Shown: piece after piece, positions 24,088-37,198 of the stretch
Numbering within the stretch: the first letter of the stretch is position 1
Layout: every line of letters begins with the position of its first letter
Origin: Octopus sinensis
Taxonomy: Eukaryota
DNA: 64,000 nt
Direction of reading: 5' to 3'
Assembly (NCBI RefSeq): GCF_006345805.1
Contig: NC_043011.1
Coordinates: forward strand, 5,332,001 to 5,396,000
Made by a program: the position numbers and the translations under genes
Notes under the pieces: model-generated
What the model was told of the DNA's origin: nothing
The model's database searches: none
Seen by the model: only the letters and a program-made list of their open reading frames with translations

Positions 24088-25195
24088 AAAGAGAACCTAT
24101 CTCAACAACAAGACATTATAACAATTTTGATGACTGCATAAATGAGAAACAGAACGCTATTAATTATTTAAAAAAAAAACCGTTTGTAGATTCGACGTCA
24201 AAGGCAGACACTAGGAAGAGAAGGGGTAAAGAAATAAGTAGAGATCAAATAAAGAGGGATATATTGGTTGAAAAAATGTTCAAAGGCTTGGAAGTAGATT
24301 TCTCTATTGAAGTAAAGTGCAAGTTGAACTAAATGTTCAAACTACAAAGACTGGTAAAAATCACTTATATGAGTTAAAGGTATCTTTCTGCCAGTGTTTA
24401 CATTTGTAAGATCGCTCTATAAGTGTGTTAACAAGGTGATTCTTAGAGAAGAGAATATGGAAGAGTTCAGAGTTGCAAATGTTACAAAATCCTTTGCCCT
24501 TATCCTAAGGGCAAGATATGGATAGGATGAACCAATTTAACTTAAAATCCTTAACGTTGTCTTTAAGATGCCAAACCAATTTGCTATGACGTTTACTGCT
24601 ATATTAGTTCAACTCATATGTATGTATTCATGCATATATGTATGTGTGTGTATGTGTCAGTGTGTATGCTGCGTGTATGTATGTACTCTACAGCAAATGT
24701 CAGATGAAAACAAGAGTAAAGAATTCGTTTTTCAAAAGATATATCGCTTTGCTGTGCAATGAAACTTTGGCTACAATAACAAATTCACAGCATAACATCA
24801 AAATGTTTTCATAGACCATTACCCGAGTTCTTTGTTGCTCGTTATTTTCTGCCTAACCTTACCGTTTTGTTAAGATGGTAGCAGCAAGAGAATACAACAT
24901 AGTAAACAAACAGGCATGTTATGTTTTGACCCAAATACATGTTTGTTCTTGTTTGCCAACTGTAACATTTCTACATGCTCCGCTGACGCCCTTGTAACTC
25001 ACGCAATTCAGCCGATTAATAATAATAATAATAATAATAACAATAATGATAATAATATATACATATATGAATACACACACATGCAAAAACACAGAGTTAT
25101 TCACGTGTAATTTATTTCATGAAATAAGAGAAAACTAAACGTGGCGTTTTTGTTTGTATTATCATAGGTAAAATTGATTTTCAATTATTCGATAG

Positions 25196-25245
25196 AGCAA
25201 AATTGACTCGGTTTCAATTCGGTGTCTCTGATCTCGTCAGTTGCT
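25196..25245 (-). ncRNA. Hammerhead-like motif, imperfect
   Basis: agcaa-CTGACGA-gat..att-GAAA-CCGA-GTC-[aatt]-ttgct; 4-nt insert before stem I and weak stem II. Confidence 0.4.
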
Positions 25246-25519
25246 TCTGAGCATTTATAAATCTTTGATCGTCGTCATTGTGATTGATTAAATGTACGGA
25301 TATTGAGGATTGAGCGGTGGTTTTCAGGGGGCTTCTTGTGATGTCCGTGTGTAAACACATACACACACACACATATATATATATACATATATATATATGT
25401 GTGTGTGTGTGAGTGTATACACACACATATACACATATACATATATATAGTCGTCTACTATCTCGTAGCGCTGACCAGGGCCTTGAGTAGTTTTCGTAGA
25501 TCGAAATGAAAGAAGACCT

Positions 25520-25745
25520 ATGTATGTATGTATGTATGTATGTATGTATGTATGTATGTATGTATGTATGTATGTATGTGTGTATGTATGTATGTATGTA
25601 TGTATATATTTATGTATGTATGTATGTATGTATGTATGTATGTATGTATGTATGCATGTATGTATGTATGTATGTATGTATGTATGTATGCATGCATGAA
25701 TCTATCTATCTATCTAGCTAGCTAGCTAGCTAGCTAGCTATCTGA
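25520..25745. repeat. (TATG)n then (TCTA)n/(GCTA)n microsatellite
   Basis: Direct reading. Confidence 0.9.
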
Positions 25746-25838
25746 CTATCTATATGTATATCTATATATATATATATAAACAAAACTGTCCGATGAACGG
25801 GTAACAGTTTTGTGATATTTTTACTGCTTTTTAATAAC

Positions 25839-25870
<32 letters not shown>

Positions 25871-26074
25871 TACACACACATATATATGTAGGTATGTATA
25901 CATACATACACACGCACACACAGATATATATACATACATACATACATACATACATACATACATACATACACACACACAATGGACTCTCCCGTCGCTAGAC
26001 GACGTATGAGGGTTCGACAATATCCTACCGAGCAACCGTACAGATGTTCTGTTTATAGTGGTCAAATATTTGTG

Positions 26075-26295
26075 TAAACATAAGCTCAATCCCTCCATCA
26101 AATCGACATTACATGTACAGGCATTACCTGTACAGGTGCAACTGCGTGCCACATGTCAGATGTCGAAATGATCGTAGTGCAATGTGAAATGAAGAGCTTT
26201 GCTCAAGAACACAACGCAACGCCCGGCCTGGGAATTGAACCCACGATCTTGAAATTGTGAGTGCAACACCCTAAACACTAAGTCATGCGCCTCTT
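26075..26295 (-). mobile_element. tRNA-derived SINE family D head with CORE-like segment
   Basis: Minus strand GGCGCATGACTTAGTG..GGGTTCAATTCCC..TGTGTTCTTGAGCAAAGC; similar to 59621. Confidence 0.6.
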
Positions 26296-26335
26296 CCACC
26301 CATATACACCCCCACATTTATATGTATATATATAT

Positions 26336-26550
26336 TTCTTTACTACCCACAGAGAGGACAAACAAGGACAGACAAAGGGATTAAGTCGATTATATTGACC
26401 CCAGTGCGTAACTGGTACTTATTTAATCGACCCCGAAAGGATGAAAGGCAAAGTCGACCTCGGCGGAATTTGAACTCGGAACGTAACGACAGACGAAATA
26501 CGGCTACGAATTTCGCCCGGCGTGCTAACGTTTCTGCCAGCTCGCCGCCT
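26336..26550 (-). mobile_element. SINE family B
   Basis: Reverse complement of B consensus. Confidence 0.85.
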
Positions 26551-26566
26551 TTATATATATATATAT

Positions 26567-27150
26567 AGCTGGTCTGATCAATAAGTATCCGGACTGTTGA
26601 CATAGTAACGAAGCACGCAGAGTGAAGCCGCTTAGCACATATTGACCTTGAACTTTGCTGTGCATGCGCACTAAGTTTTAACGTTCTAACTCACTTATGC
26701 TTTCTACAGTAATGCTTGGAAGGAAGGTGTGTAACATGTGATCGTTGCATTGACTATGACAAAAATAAAGTTGAGCAGAGAATCTTGGCGATACTTGCTC
26801 AGTGACCTAAGCAAAGTTTTCGAAAAGTTTTTATCGTTCGCGACACAATCAAAGAAATCTTGTGCAACTGAAACCCGACTGTCCTTTTGGTCAGCTGAAA
26901 GCAGTTTTGGCACAAATTTGGCAGACACGCATCTCATACCCAAATCTTCAGCGATAATGGACTGAACTGAACTGTAACTAATCTGCACATCTTCTGATAA
27001 CTTAGGGATTGTGATTTGACGATTTCCCCTCACAGCTCCATGCACATCAGCGAGGTTTTTCTCAGTTCTACTGATTGTGGGCCTCCCAGAACGTTCGTCA
27101 ATATCGACATTTTTTCGACCATCTTGGAAACGTCTGAACCACTCATACAC
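26567..27150. pseudogene. Rearranged mariner element: + strand 5' end, minus-strand transposase N-terminal segment
   Basis: TIR-like GGTCTGATCAATAAGTATCCGGAC after TA repeats; ORF 26704-27150 (-) YEWFRRFQDGR..DERSGRP, DLGMRCVSAKFVPKLLS. Confidence 0.8.
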
Positions 27151-27455
27151 TTAGCCAGGCATCGCTAAGACAGCTTTCTCTGTCATGGTATATGTTGTAT
27201 CTAATAAAGGTCTAATAGTAGTCCGCCACCTCTTAATTAATACTATTACCCTTAAATACCACGGTGCGTTTATGCGTGTATGAATGAGTGTGTGCACGCG
27301 CTTGTTTGTTTACATTTTTTAGATCGTTGAAATCAGTACAAAATATATTATCCTTTACTTCGAAAAAGAAATAAGGGTTTGCATCTAAAAGGGCAAGCAT
27401 GGAAAAATGGACTGAAACGATAGAAAAAAATTGAAGCGTAGGGGTAGGTGTGTTA

Positions 27456-27850
27456 GGCGCAGGAGTGGCCGTGTGGCAAGAAGCTTAAGGCGGTGAACTG
27501 GCAGAAACGTTAGCATGCTGGGCGAAATGCTTTGCGGTATTTCGTCTGCCGTTACGTTCTGAGTTCAAATTCCGCCGAGGTCGACTTTGCCTTTCATCCT
27601 TTCGGGGTCGATAAATTAAGTACCAGTTACGCATTGGGGTCGATATAATTGACTTAATCCGTTTGTCTGTCCTTGTTTGTCCCCCGTCAGTATTTAGCCC
27701 CTTGTGGGCAGTAAAGAAATAAGACGCTTGCTTCTCAACCACATGGTTCCGAGTTCAGTCCTACTGCGTGAAATCTTGTGAGTGTGACTACTACTATGGC
27801 CTCGGGAAGACCAAAGCCTTGTTAGTTGATTTGGTGGACAGGAACTGTCA
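27456..27850 (+). mobile_element. SINE A head split by a full SINE B (27487-27722)
   Basis: A head GGCGCAGGAGTGGCCGTGTGG resumes at 27722 with GCTTCTCAACCACATGG; imperfect TSD AAGAAGCTT / AAGACGCTT. Confidence 0.75.
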
Positions 27851-27932
27851 TACATACATACATACATACATACATACATACATACATACATACATACAAC
27901 ATACATACATACATACATACACATATATACAA

Positions 27933-28288
27933 GTGGAGGCGCAATGGCCCAGTGGTTAGGGCAGCGGACTCGCGGTCGGAGGATCGCGGTTTCGATCCCA
28001 GACCGGCATTGTGAGTGTTTATTGAGCGAAAACACCTAAAGCTCCACGAGGCTCCGGCAGGGGGTGGTGATCCCTGCTGTACTCTTTCACCACACTTTCT
28101 CTCGCTCTTCTTCCTGTTCTCTTGTACCTGTATTCAAAGGGACAGCCTTGTCATTCGTGTCACGCTGAATATCCCCGAGAACTACGTTAAGGGTACACGT
28201 GTCTGTGGAGTGCTCAGCCACTTGCACGTTAATTTCACGAGCAAGCTGTTCCGTTGATCGTATCAGCTGGGACCCTCATCGTCGCAAC
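27933..28288 (+). mobile_element. SINE family C
   Basis: Full copy matching 9189 and 10653. Confidence 0.85.
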
Positions 28289-28307
28289 GACGGAGTGCTC
28301 CTACTCC

Positions 28308-28388
<81 letters not shown>

Positions 28389-28517
28389 TATTAAATTAGA
28401 GACAAAACCACTATTAGGCAAATCAAACAATGAAAAACTTAAGCCAATACATATGATTATTTAATTTATATTATTTAAATATATAACAAAATTATTAAAA
28501 AAATATAATTAATATCA

Positions 28518-28581
28518 CACTACGATCGTTTCATGCCTGCTAATTTCTTCAAATTTTTGAGTCGTAGTCATTCATCAGGTG
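28518..28581 (-). ncRNA. Type I hammerhead ribozyme
   Basis: cac-CTGATGA-atgact(loop)aggcat-GAAA-CGATCG-TA-gtg; palindromic stem III ACGATCGT, GUA triplet; short stem I and one mismatch in stem II. Confidence 0.65.
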
Positions 28582-30045
28582 GTTAAATATCTAAAATATA
28601 ATCAATATTTTTAAGATATAAATAATATATATAATATAATAATTTTACTTATAATAAACTCTATTATTAAATATGATTATATCGAAATCGACTATAATGT
28701 TAAATATTAACTTTAATTTATAAGGTAGAAAACCCATAATCTAATATCAATATTATTCTATATCTAATTACATAAATATTTAAAATGACTAATATATATA
28801 AATTATCAATGAAAATATATATAAATATTATAATCAAGATCTAAAATAATCTCTATAAATAATTGTATATAATGAAAACCTAACAAATTTGATTTATCAT
28901 ATTTAAAGATGAAATAGCTAATTTCAAAATACAAATAAACTAACTTAAACGGACATTCAAAATCTTATGTAAAATACTTATAGTAATATTCAATTCTTAG
29001 TAATATAGTATCAAATAAATACTATAAGTACTATAAATATAATTATGAATGGGAATAATTATCTAATATAAATTATGCTATTAAATTAGACATGGCCTAG
29101 ACCAATCTTTAGTCGAAACATATCTAATTTTATCAAAGTTTATCTAATTTATTTAATATCTAATAACATAGAAAATTACGATAATTAGATCATTACATAA
29201 ACAACGATATTTACATAAGGAGAATATTATTACTCCAAAGGCTTATACAATATTAAAATTTACAATTTGACGATCTTAAAAAGATACATACTTATCTTGG
29301 CGAGGTTTAAACAATGAACTAAAATTTTGAATCAAAAACGTCTTATACAGCGTTTATAAGAATACTCATGGAATTACGTTATTAGCAAAAAAAAAAAGAA
29401 TAAATTGTTGAAGAATTCATTACGCGTGAGGAACCTACGTTTATTAAAGATTATGAATGGAAAATTATATGTTTATCATTGTAAAAAGAATGAATTCACA
29501 AATAAAGAATAAAATCTCTCTATACTATAATATTTATTAATAAAATAACTATGATAAATGAAACTTAATACAAAATAAATTAAATGATTAAAAACCACTT
29601 ATTATTAAATATATTCTAAAAATCTAATAAGATTAATAAATACATAAAAATTAATTTATATAGTAACCCCACTACATATTAAAATCTTTCACATACCCTT
29701 ATAATTATAAGCTAAAATTAGTGATCATAACAAATCTATATATACTAATCAAAATTTGTAGTATAACTATACATACGTATACATAAATATATAAGAAAAT
29801 ATCCATACATATACATATATATATACATATATACACATATACACATATACATACATATACATATACATACACATATACACATACATACACACATACATTC
29901 ATATACATATATACACACATATATATACACACACTTACACCCATACACATATGCACACTCATACATACATGTACATACATACAATACTTAATATATACAC
30001 TTACACCAATATATACACACCCACACACATACAAATAAATAAATG

Positions 30046-30089
<44 letters not shown>

Positions 30090-30608
30090 TCATCAAATAC
30101 ACATATATACAAACACACACATCCACATATATTATAAATAAATAGATATATAAATGTCTATAATCATACTACAATACAAAATAGAGGTAAATATTAAGTT
30201 AAATCTAAAAAATTAATCTACTAATCTATACTTGTATATTAAATAAAATGGATTAAATAAACAACTAAATAAAACTATTTCAAATATAAAGAGATTACAT
30301 ACAAATAGATTAATATAACAAAATTATAATTTAACGAAGTTATAATAGAAATATAACAAAATATATAAAATAAATAAAATTGTAACTTACCAGACTCAAT
30401 ATTCAATAAACCATTAAATATTTATTATTTAGTAATAAAATATTTAGTAATAAGATGAAAAACCATCTATAATCTAACTATAATTAAAAACAGAACCTAA
30501 ATAACTAATATAAACTATTATAATATGTACTACAAATCACCTGGTATATTTATAATACTATTACATAAAACAATAAATAGGGAGCTAATTAAGGCTAATA
30601 AATAATTA

Positions 30609-31383
30609 TTATTTATCAAGAAATTTATTATATAAGTAAAGTAACTTGTGTCTGCATTTTATTTTGCGCTTATCACAGGTATTCAGTAAATTATCATGCT
30701 TATAAAATAATATTTCCTTAAACTCATTAGAGCACAAATAACAAAAATTCGCTCCTATAGTATATGATTTAGTTTTACTAATTATTTCCCAAGATAAATT
30801 ATAATTAATATTTTGGGATTTAAGTCTCCAAATGTACTTGCTAAGTCCAGTGGAGTTAATTAAGTTTTATTTTTAAATGAATTCAATTTTGTGCGATTCT
30901 TAATTTTATTTTAGAGGAAGTGGACCCTATATATATCGCGTTTGTAGTTATTATTCTTAATATTCTTATCATGTAATGTAACTATACATTTATACACTAC
31001 ATCATTTGTATCACATTATTATTTAATTTACATTTAGATTTATCTCTACATGTACAGATAATTAGTGTCTTGTCTTTATTATTGGTATTATTAAATAATT
31101 TATTTTTATAAAAATTATTCAGTTTAAATTTGTTAAAAGAAGAAATAATGTTACCTACACTATTAGTGGTGGAATAACCTACTCCAAAATTATTACTCGA
31201 GAAAATGTTTTTATATTTACGATTATCTTGAATAAATAGTTCAATAATATCTAAAATCTCTTTAATAATGTTCGTTTTAACTTGAGCACCGTAAGAAACT
31301 ATTAACCAAAATTTATTCTTATTTTCCTTCTTATTATTATTAAAACTGTCATTATTATTGTTGTAATTATATTTCTTTATCAT
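30609..31383 (-). pseudogene. Frameshifted Naiad/Chlamys-type GIY-YIG endonuclease
   Basis: W..VKTNI.KEIL..IF..GYSTT..IISSFNK..CTCRDKSKC (ORF 30997-31383); shifted VVYKCIV and YIGSTSSKIKLRI; open frame 30857-30609 NSTGLSKYIWRLK..SWEII..CYLCSNE..LLN..CRHK*. Confidence 0.85.
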
Positions 31384-31984
31384 ATTAATATTATTATTAT
31401 TATTATCAGATTTATATTTATAATCAACATTTAAAGAATTATTAAATTTATTAATTTTATTTTAATTTTTATTATTTTATTATTTTATTATTATTATTAT
31501 TATTTTTCATTGTTTGATTTGCCTAATAGTGGTTTTGTCTCTAATTTAATATAATATAATATTTTACTATAAAATTGGATTCAATCCTAAATCTGATTTT
31601 TCCCTGTAAGTTTGGATTTATTCCCTAATATTATTATTATTATTATTATATTATATATATATATATATATATATAACCAGTAAGTTATGGGGATGTAAAT
31701 AAACGAACAGCAGTGATGAGGGTGAAACACAGAAACAAAGTCACACACATACGCTTACATATATATATACATACATATATATATATACGATTGATTTCTT
31801 TAAGTTTGTGTCTACTAAATCCATATATATATATATATATATATATATGATTGTAAATTTATTCTCTCTAGTTACGTATCAGTATAGTGGTCATTTGCAA
31901 ACTCCAGAGGTGACACTTTAATTTCTCCTTAGCCCTCACGTCACACAGTTCTTACCGTTTATTTCATTTGGGTCACGCCCTGGA

Positions 31985-32146
31985 TCACATTGACCCCAGT
32001 ACTTGAATGGTACTTAATTTATCGACCCCGAAAAGATGAAAGGCAAAGGTGACCTCGAGGGTATTTGATCTCATAACGTAAAGACAGAGTAAATACCGCT
32101 GAGCATTCTGTTCGGCATGATAACGATTCTGCCAGATCGCCACCTT
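31985..32146 (-). mobile_element. Diverged SINE family B
   Basis: ATTGACCCCAGT..TCGACCCCG..CTGCCAGATCGCCACC. Confidence 0.65.
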
Positions 32147-32911
32147 AAAAGAGATATATAATAACAGATAACTTTATTTATTAAAAAAAATGCTATGAGG
32201 ATAAAAATAAACCTTCTTTTCTTTAATGTTATACAATGCATACAAGATTCCCCAGCTCTTGCGTCAGTCCTTCATAATCAGCTTATGAACATTTTATCCC
32301 ATCCCTGTACGTTGATTGAATAATGATATTCATAAGTGAGCAAAAACAAGTAATTTTACTTGAAAATGCCAACCTGCATTAAAAATTAGAACTGGTGAAT
32401 TCATTGATTAGGTGTGAATGTATGAGTATACTTGTGAGTATGGGAATGTGTGTGAGTATGAGCATGTGTAAGTGTATGTACGTTTGTGAGAATTCTGGCA
32501 TTCTGACATTCTGGCATTTTGGCAATGAAGAATTGTAGCGAGGGTTTTGAATGACATAAACATTATGCATATGTATTATGTAATTTGCCGTGATAATTGC
32601 TTTCCATTTTATGGGTTTTTTAAAAATAAATAACTTGTATATAAAAGCGCAATTGAATGGACAGAGTATAGTTGCGTGGCCAAATGATTAGGATACTGTG
32701 ATCACGACTATGAGCTTGTGGGTTCGATATTTTACACTGAGTCTGCCGCTGAGTAACTCACTTCAGTTAGCGTTGCGCTGGTCTATGTGAATTTTCAATT
32801 TTAAGCATTTAGAGTGTCTTCTTAGACATTAGATAACTAAGAGATACCACCCACATTTAAAATAACAGGTAGGTTAGCGTTAGCATTTTATGTATAGTTC
32901 ATTATAATATA

Positions 32912-33072
32912 GACGCAGGCATGTTTGTGAGATAGGAATTTACTTCACGACCACTTGGTGCCGGATTCAGTTCTCCTGCGTAGCACCTTAGACAAGCGTC
33001 TTCTATTATAGCTCCGGGTCGACCGAGACTTTGTGAGTGAATTTGATAGAAGGAAACTGAAAGAAGTATGTC
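32912..33072 (+). mobile_element. Diverged SINE family A 5' half
   Basis: Similarity to A head and GAAACTGAAAGAAG segment. Confidence 0.55.
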
Positions 33073-33104
<32 letters not shown>

Positions 33105-33589
33105 CTAGCAGAGTTACTCGGCGTTGCCCGTCTTACATGCAGTTGAAGAAATAGACTTTTCTGTTATATTTTCTGTAATGAACTGGAATATCTATCTTTC
33201 GAAATTCATCAAAAATTGCAGATGAGGGTTATTTCCCTCTTTACACACCCAAACAAAATTGTAATCGTGCCACATGTATCCCATACTACTGATTTTTATG
33301 CGCATATTCCAAAATTCTAGTCTTAGAGAAACTGTTAAAAGGATTTTGCTCCTGAAAAATGGAGGTCATGGAGCTCTAAAATGTGAGAGTTAAGGCCTCT
33401 GTTGGGGGTGGGCGTCTTAATGTCAACCAGAGAAGTTGAATTGTTGAGAATCTTTTTAACTTGGGTCCTATATCTATTGTTTGAATTTCTTTGAAATAGG
33501 AAATATATGTTCACTGAGTTTGTAAAAGAGAGCAAAGCTACAGGAAACCAAAAGACGAATGAGCACAATAAGCATTCAGCTACCCTACC

Positions 33590-33785
33590 CTAGTCGTTAC
33601 CGGAGTCGTTTTGAGGCCGTAGTGGATACTCAGGGCAGCCACTTTCTGAGAACCGTCATCTCCCAGCCATGATCAAATTGATATTTTCTGTTTTTTTAAA
33701 AATACTTTTGTTTTTGGATGGGGTATTCTGTGTTTATTATTTCGCTTTATGCAGTCTCCCAAATTTAATACGAATACCCTGTATT
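33590..33785 (+). mobile_element. Tc1/mariner 3' end remnant
   Basis: RSRFEAVVDTQGSHF-like transposase C-terminus, ending ATACCCTGTA. Confidence 0.5.
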
Positions 33786-34601
33786 TATACGTTTCAGCTC
33801 TAAGGCCGTAAGCATGCTGGGGCATGTGTGTGTGTGCGCGCGCGTGCGTGTGTGTGTACGTGTGTGTGTGTGTGGTGTGTGTGTGTGTGTGTGTGTGTGT
33901 GTCTGTGTGTGTGTGTTAGTATGTCTGTGTTTGTCCCATGCTTGACAACCGGTGTTGATTTGTGTACTTCCCCGTTACCTAGAGGTTCGGCAAAAGAGAA
34001 CAATAAAATAAGTACCAGATTTTTATAAATAAGTGCTGGAGTCGATTAATTCAACTAAAACCCTTCAAGGCCGTGACCCACATCGGCTGCTGTCTGACGA
34101 CTGAAACAATTAAGACATAGAAAAGGAATTTACTGAAATCATTGACTTATTTGATCATGAAACAATTCTATTTCACTTCGTCAATCCATGTGCAACCTTG
34201 TTCCTTTACTCTGTAGTTCATTCTCCAATATTAACACGGTAACAGCAGCGAAGGGCGTGCTTTGCTGACAATGAAATAATAAAATCAATACGTATAAAAT
34301 GTTGTATCCAGTCATTGTCAGAGAAAAGGAAAATAGTATGGCACAGGCGCAGGCACGGTTATGTGACTGCTCGGCACCTTGCGCAATGTTTTCTACAATA
34401 GCTCCAAGCCGACCAATGCCTCGTGAGTCGATTTGGTAGACGGAACCTCATCGTGTTTGTGCATATGTATGTACATACACACACACATACAGTTAAATGA
34501 AGAAGAAATGGAGATAAGGAAGTTAACAAATTGGTCGTCTTCACTTCCTACAGCCGTTTTAATTAATACTCAATAATTTACTTGCAAATTTGTACATTAA
34601 A

Positions 34602-34818
34602 TTTGCGTTTATGTGACATAAGCATAATTTCATCAGAGAGATAAAAAAAAAAAGATACCTTGGGATGTTATATGTGAATCTATGAATTCATTTCAGCATA
34701 TAATAATACAAATCATAAACCGTAATATTCCGTCTGCTGAAATGAATTGATAGGTCCACATATAATCTTAAGGTATTTTTTTCTCAGATGAAATTATGTT
34801 CATGTCACACAAATGCGT
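34602..34818. mobile_element. Foldback/MITE with ~90-bp imperfect inverted arms
   Basis: TGTGACATAAGCATAATTTCATC..AATTCATTTCAGCA versus TGCTGAAATGAATT..GATGAAATTATGTTCATGTCACA. Confidence 0.7.
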
Positions 34819-34819
34819 A

Positions 34820-35112
34820 TCTTTATATATAAAAGTGAAGCTGTGTGAGAGTCTGTCTACTCCGATTTAGATTCCTAACTACTCCCACATTTTGTGGTGC
34901 AGTTTAACCAAAAGCGGGTATCTTATAGTCGTGATTCATATCGAGCCATTCTGGGTATTAGCGCGCGACTACGATGAGTCTACAATTTTTAAAAAAATTA
35001 CCATCATTTTCCCGCATTTTTTGCTCGGTTTATATAAGGGAAGTAACTCTCTAAAAATGCTTATATAGTTATTTCCCTTACAAACCCGAGCAACTCCGGG
35101 CGATACTGCTAG
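34820..35112 (+). mobile_element. Non-autonomous Helitron
   Basis: A|TC 5' end, subterminal hairpin CCCGAGCAACTCCGGG, CTAG|T 3' end; a similar 3' end lies on the minus strand at 33106-33135. Confidence 0.75.
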
Positions 35113-35911
35113 TTTAATATACAAATTTGTAATTAAATTATTGAGTATTAATTGAAACGGCTGTAAGAAGCGAAGATGACCAATTTGTTAAGAATAGATA
35201 ATTGTTAACTTCCTTATCTCCGTTTGGGCTTCTTCTTTTAACTAGATATAAACTATATGCCTAACATATGCCTATTGCTTTAAGGGAATTTCATTCCCCA
35301 ACAAAACTAGGTATTGAACCAGCATTTTTCCTGATTATCATATCCTCTAATTAAATTTATATATGCATGCATGTGTGGAAGTGTATATGTGTATAGGATG
35401 CATACAGGTGTGTCTTTTGTATATGTGTTTGTTCCCACTCCATCTACTGACAACCAGTGTTCATGTCTTTGCAACTTAGCGGCTCGGCAAAAAGGCAAGT
35501 AGAATAAATACTAGAATTTTTAAACATAAGTCCTGGGTTCGATTTGTTCGACTAAACCCTCAAGGCGATGCCTCAACATTGCCGCAGTTGAATGACTGAA
35601 GAAAATAAAGAAGATATAAATATCGTTTCTAAAACTCCATTCTGTTTTCATTGGACATGCGGCCCAGCTGGGGTAGTACCTTCAGAAGTTCAGTCGATCA
35701 TATCCAACTCATGTCCAACATTTTGAGTCTTATACTTAATTTATCGTATCTATTTGTCGGAGCGCTAAGTTACGGGACATAAAATAAACAACTCAGGTAT
35801 ATTTTGTTTTTTCTTTTTAAAACAGTAGAGTTTGATTTGAGGGAACTTTAGCTAGGATTTCTTAAAGGCCAAGCTACCATGTAATTGTCCTGCCAATGAT
35901 CCCTTGATTTA

Positions 35912-36138
35912 CTCTCTCTTTTTACTCTTTTACTTGTTTCAGTCATTTGATTGCGGCCATGCTGGAGCACTGCCTTTAGTCGAGAAAATCGACCCTGGGA
36001 CTTATTCTTTGTAAGCCCAGTACTCATTCTGTCGGTCTCTTTTGCCGAACCGCTAAGTTACAGGGACGTAAACGCACCAGCATCGGTTGTCAAGCAATGC
36101 TAGGGGGACAAACACAGACACACAAACACACACACACA

Positions 36139-36205
<67 letters not shown>

Positions 36206-36370
36206 CACGACAGGCTTCTTTCAGTTTCCGTCTACCAAATCCACTCACAAGGCATTGGTCGGCCCGGGGCTATAGCAGAAGATACTTGCCCAAGATGCCA
36301 CGCAGTGGGACTGAACCCGGAACCATGTGGTTGGTTAGCAAGCTACTTACCACACAGCCACTCCTGCGCC
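35912..36370 (-). mobile_element. SINE family A, full length
   Basis: Reverse complement of A consensus with internal (TA)n. Confidence 0.9.
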
Positions 36371-36946
36371 TTTATTTGTTTCAATATACAAGGAAATTAC
36401 AAAAACAAAATGAGTGAAATAAATCGTTCTGCAGCCAAAGAAATGCTCAAAGGTGTGCAAATCGAATTCATAAAATATTTCTAACCCCTCAAAATAGATA
36501 AAACTTGATCCCCACTATGCTTATTTGTGGGGTGGGGCGGGGTTGAAGGATTCATTTTACTTAAAGAAAACTAGGACATTGGTTGATTATCATTGTTTTA
36601 TTTTTTCTAGTGGTTTTATTCATTCGACCGTGACCATGCATGTCTACCACTCCCAAAAGTATTCTTGGGTCAGTCATATCGATCCGAGTTTGTATTTCAG
36701 TTTCCAACATGCTTTATTGTTTTTTTCAATAATCGAACTGCTGTCAGCTGATGAAAGAGATGCAATTTTACGCACCGCTTATACACAAAAGCACATGAAC
36801 ATACACACACCCGCATGCATGCATGCACGTTCACATATAATGTTTGGCAGAAAAAAGAAAAGGTAAAAAAGAACTCAATACATAAGTATATACCTTTTCA
36901 TTATTTTTTATCGGCAGTCGAAAGTTTTGTGCATATCATGTACGAA

Positions 36947-37167
36947 GCATGCACACACACACACACACATACATACATACATACATACATACATACATAC
37001 ATACATACATACGTACGTACGTACGTACATACATACATACATAGATAAATACCTACATACATACGTACGTACGTACGTGCGTACGTACATACATACATAC
37101 ATACATACGTACGTACATACATACATACATACATACATACATGCATACATACATATATACATTCATT

Positions 37168-37198
<31 letters not shown>

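Larger units (their letters stand above)
28384..31630 (-). mobile_element. AT-rich Penelope-like (Naiad/Chlamys-type) element encoding only a GIY-YIG endonuclease
   Basis: Perfect 54-bp inverted repeat 28384-28437 / 31503-31556, hammerhead at 28518, endonuclease remnant 30609-31383, (TA)n flanks. Confidence 0.75.

Noticed and set aside
29085-29130. Plus-strand GAC..GTC-GAAA-CATAT with TTAGA/TCTAA flanks
   Set aside because: CUGANGA core absent
30860-30900. In-frame TGA in the Naiad-type nuclease as possible selenocysteine
   Set aside because: Falls in a multiply frameshifted stretch, not at a conserved Cys; no SECIS identified
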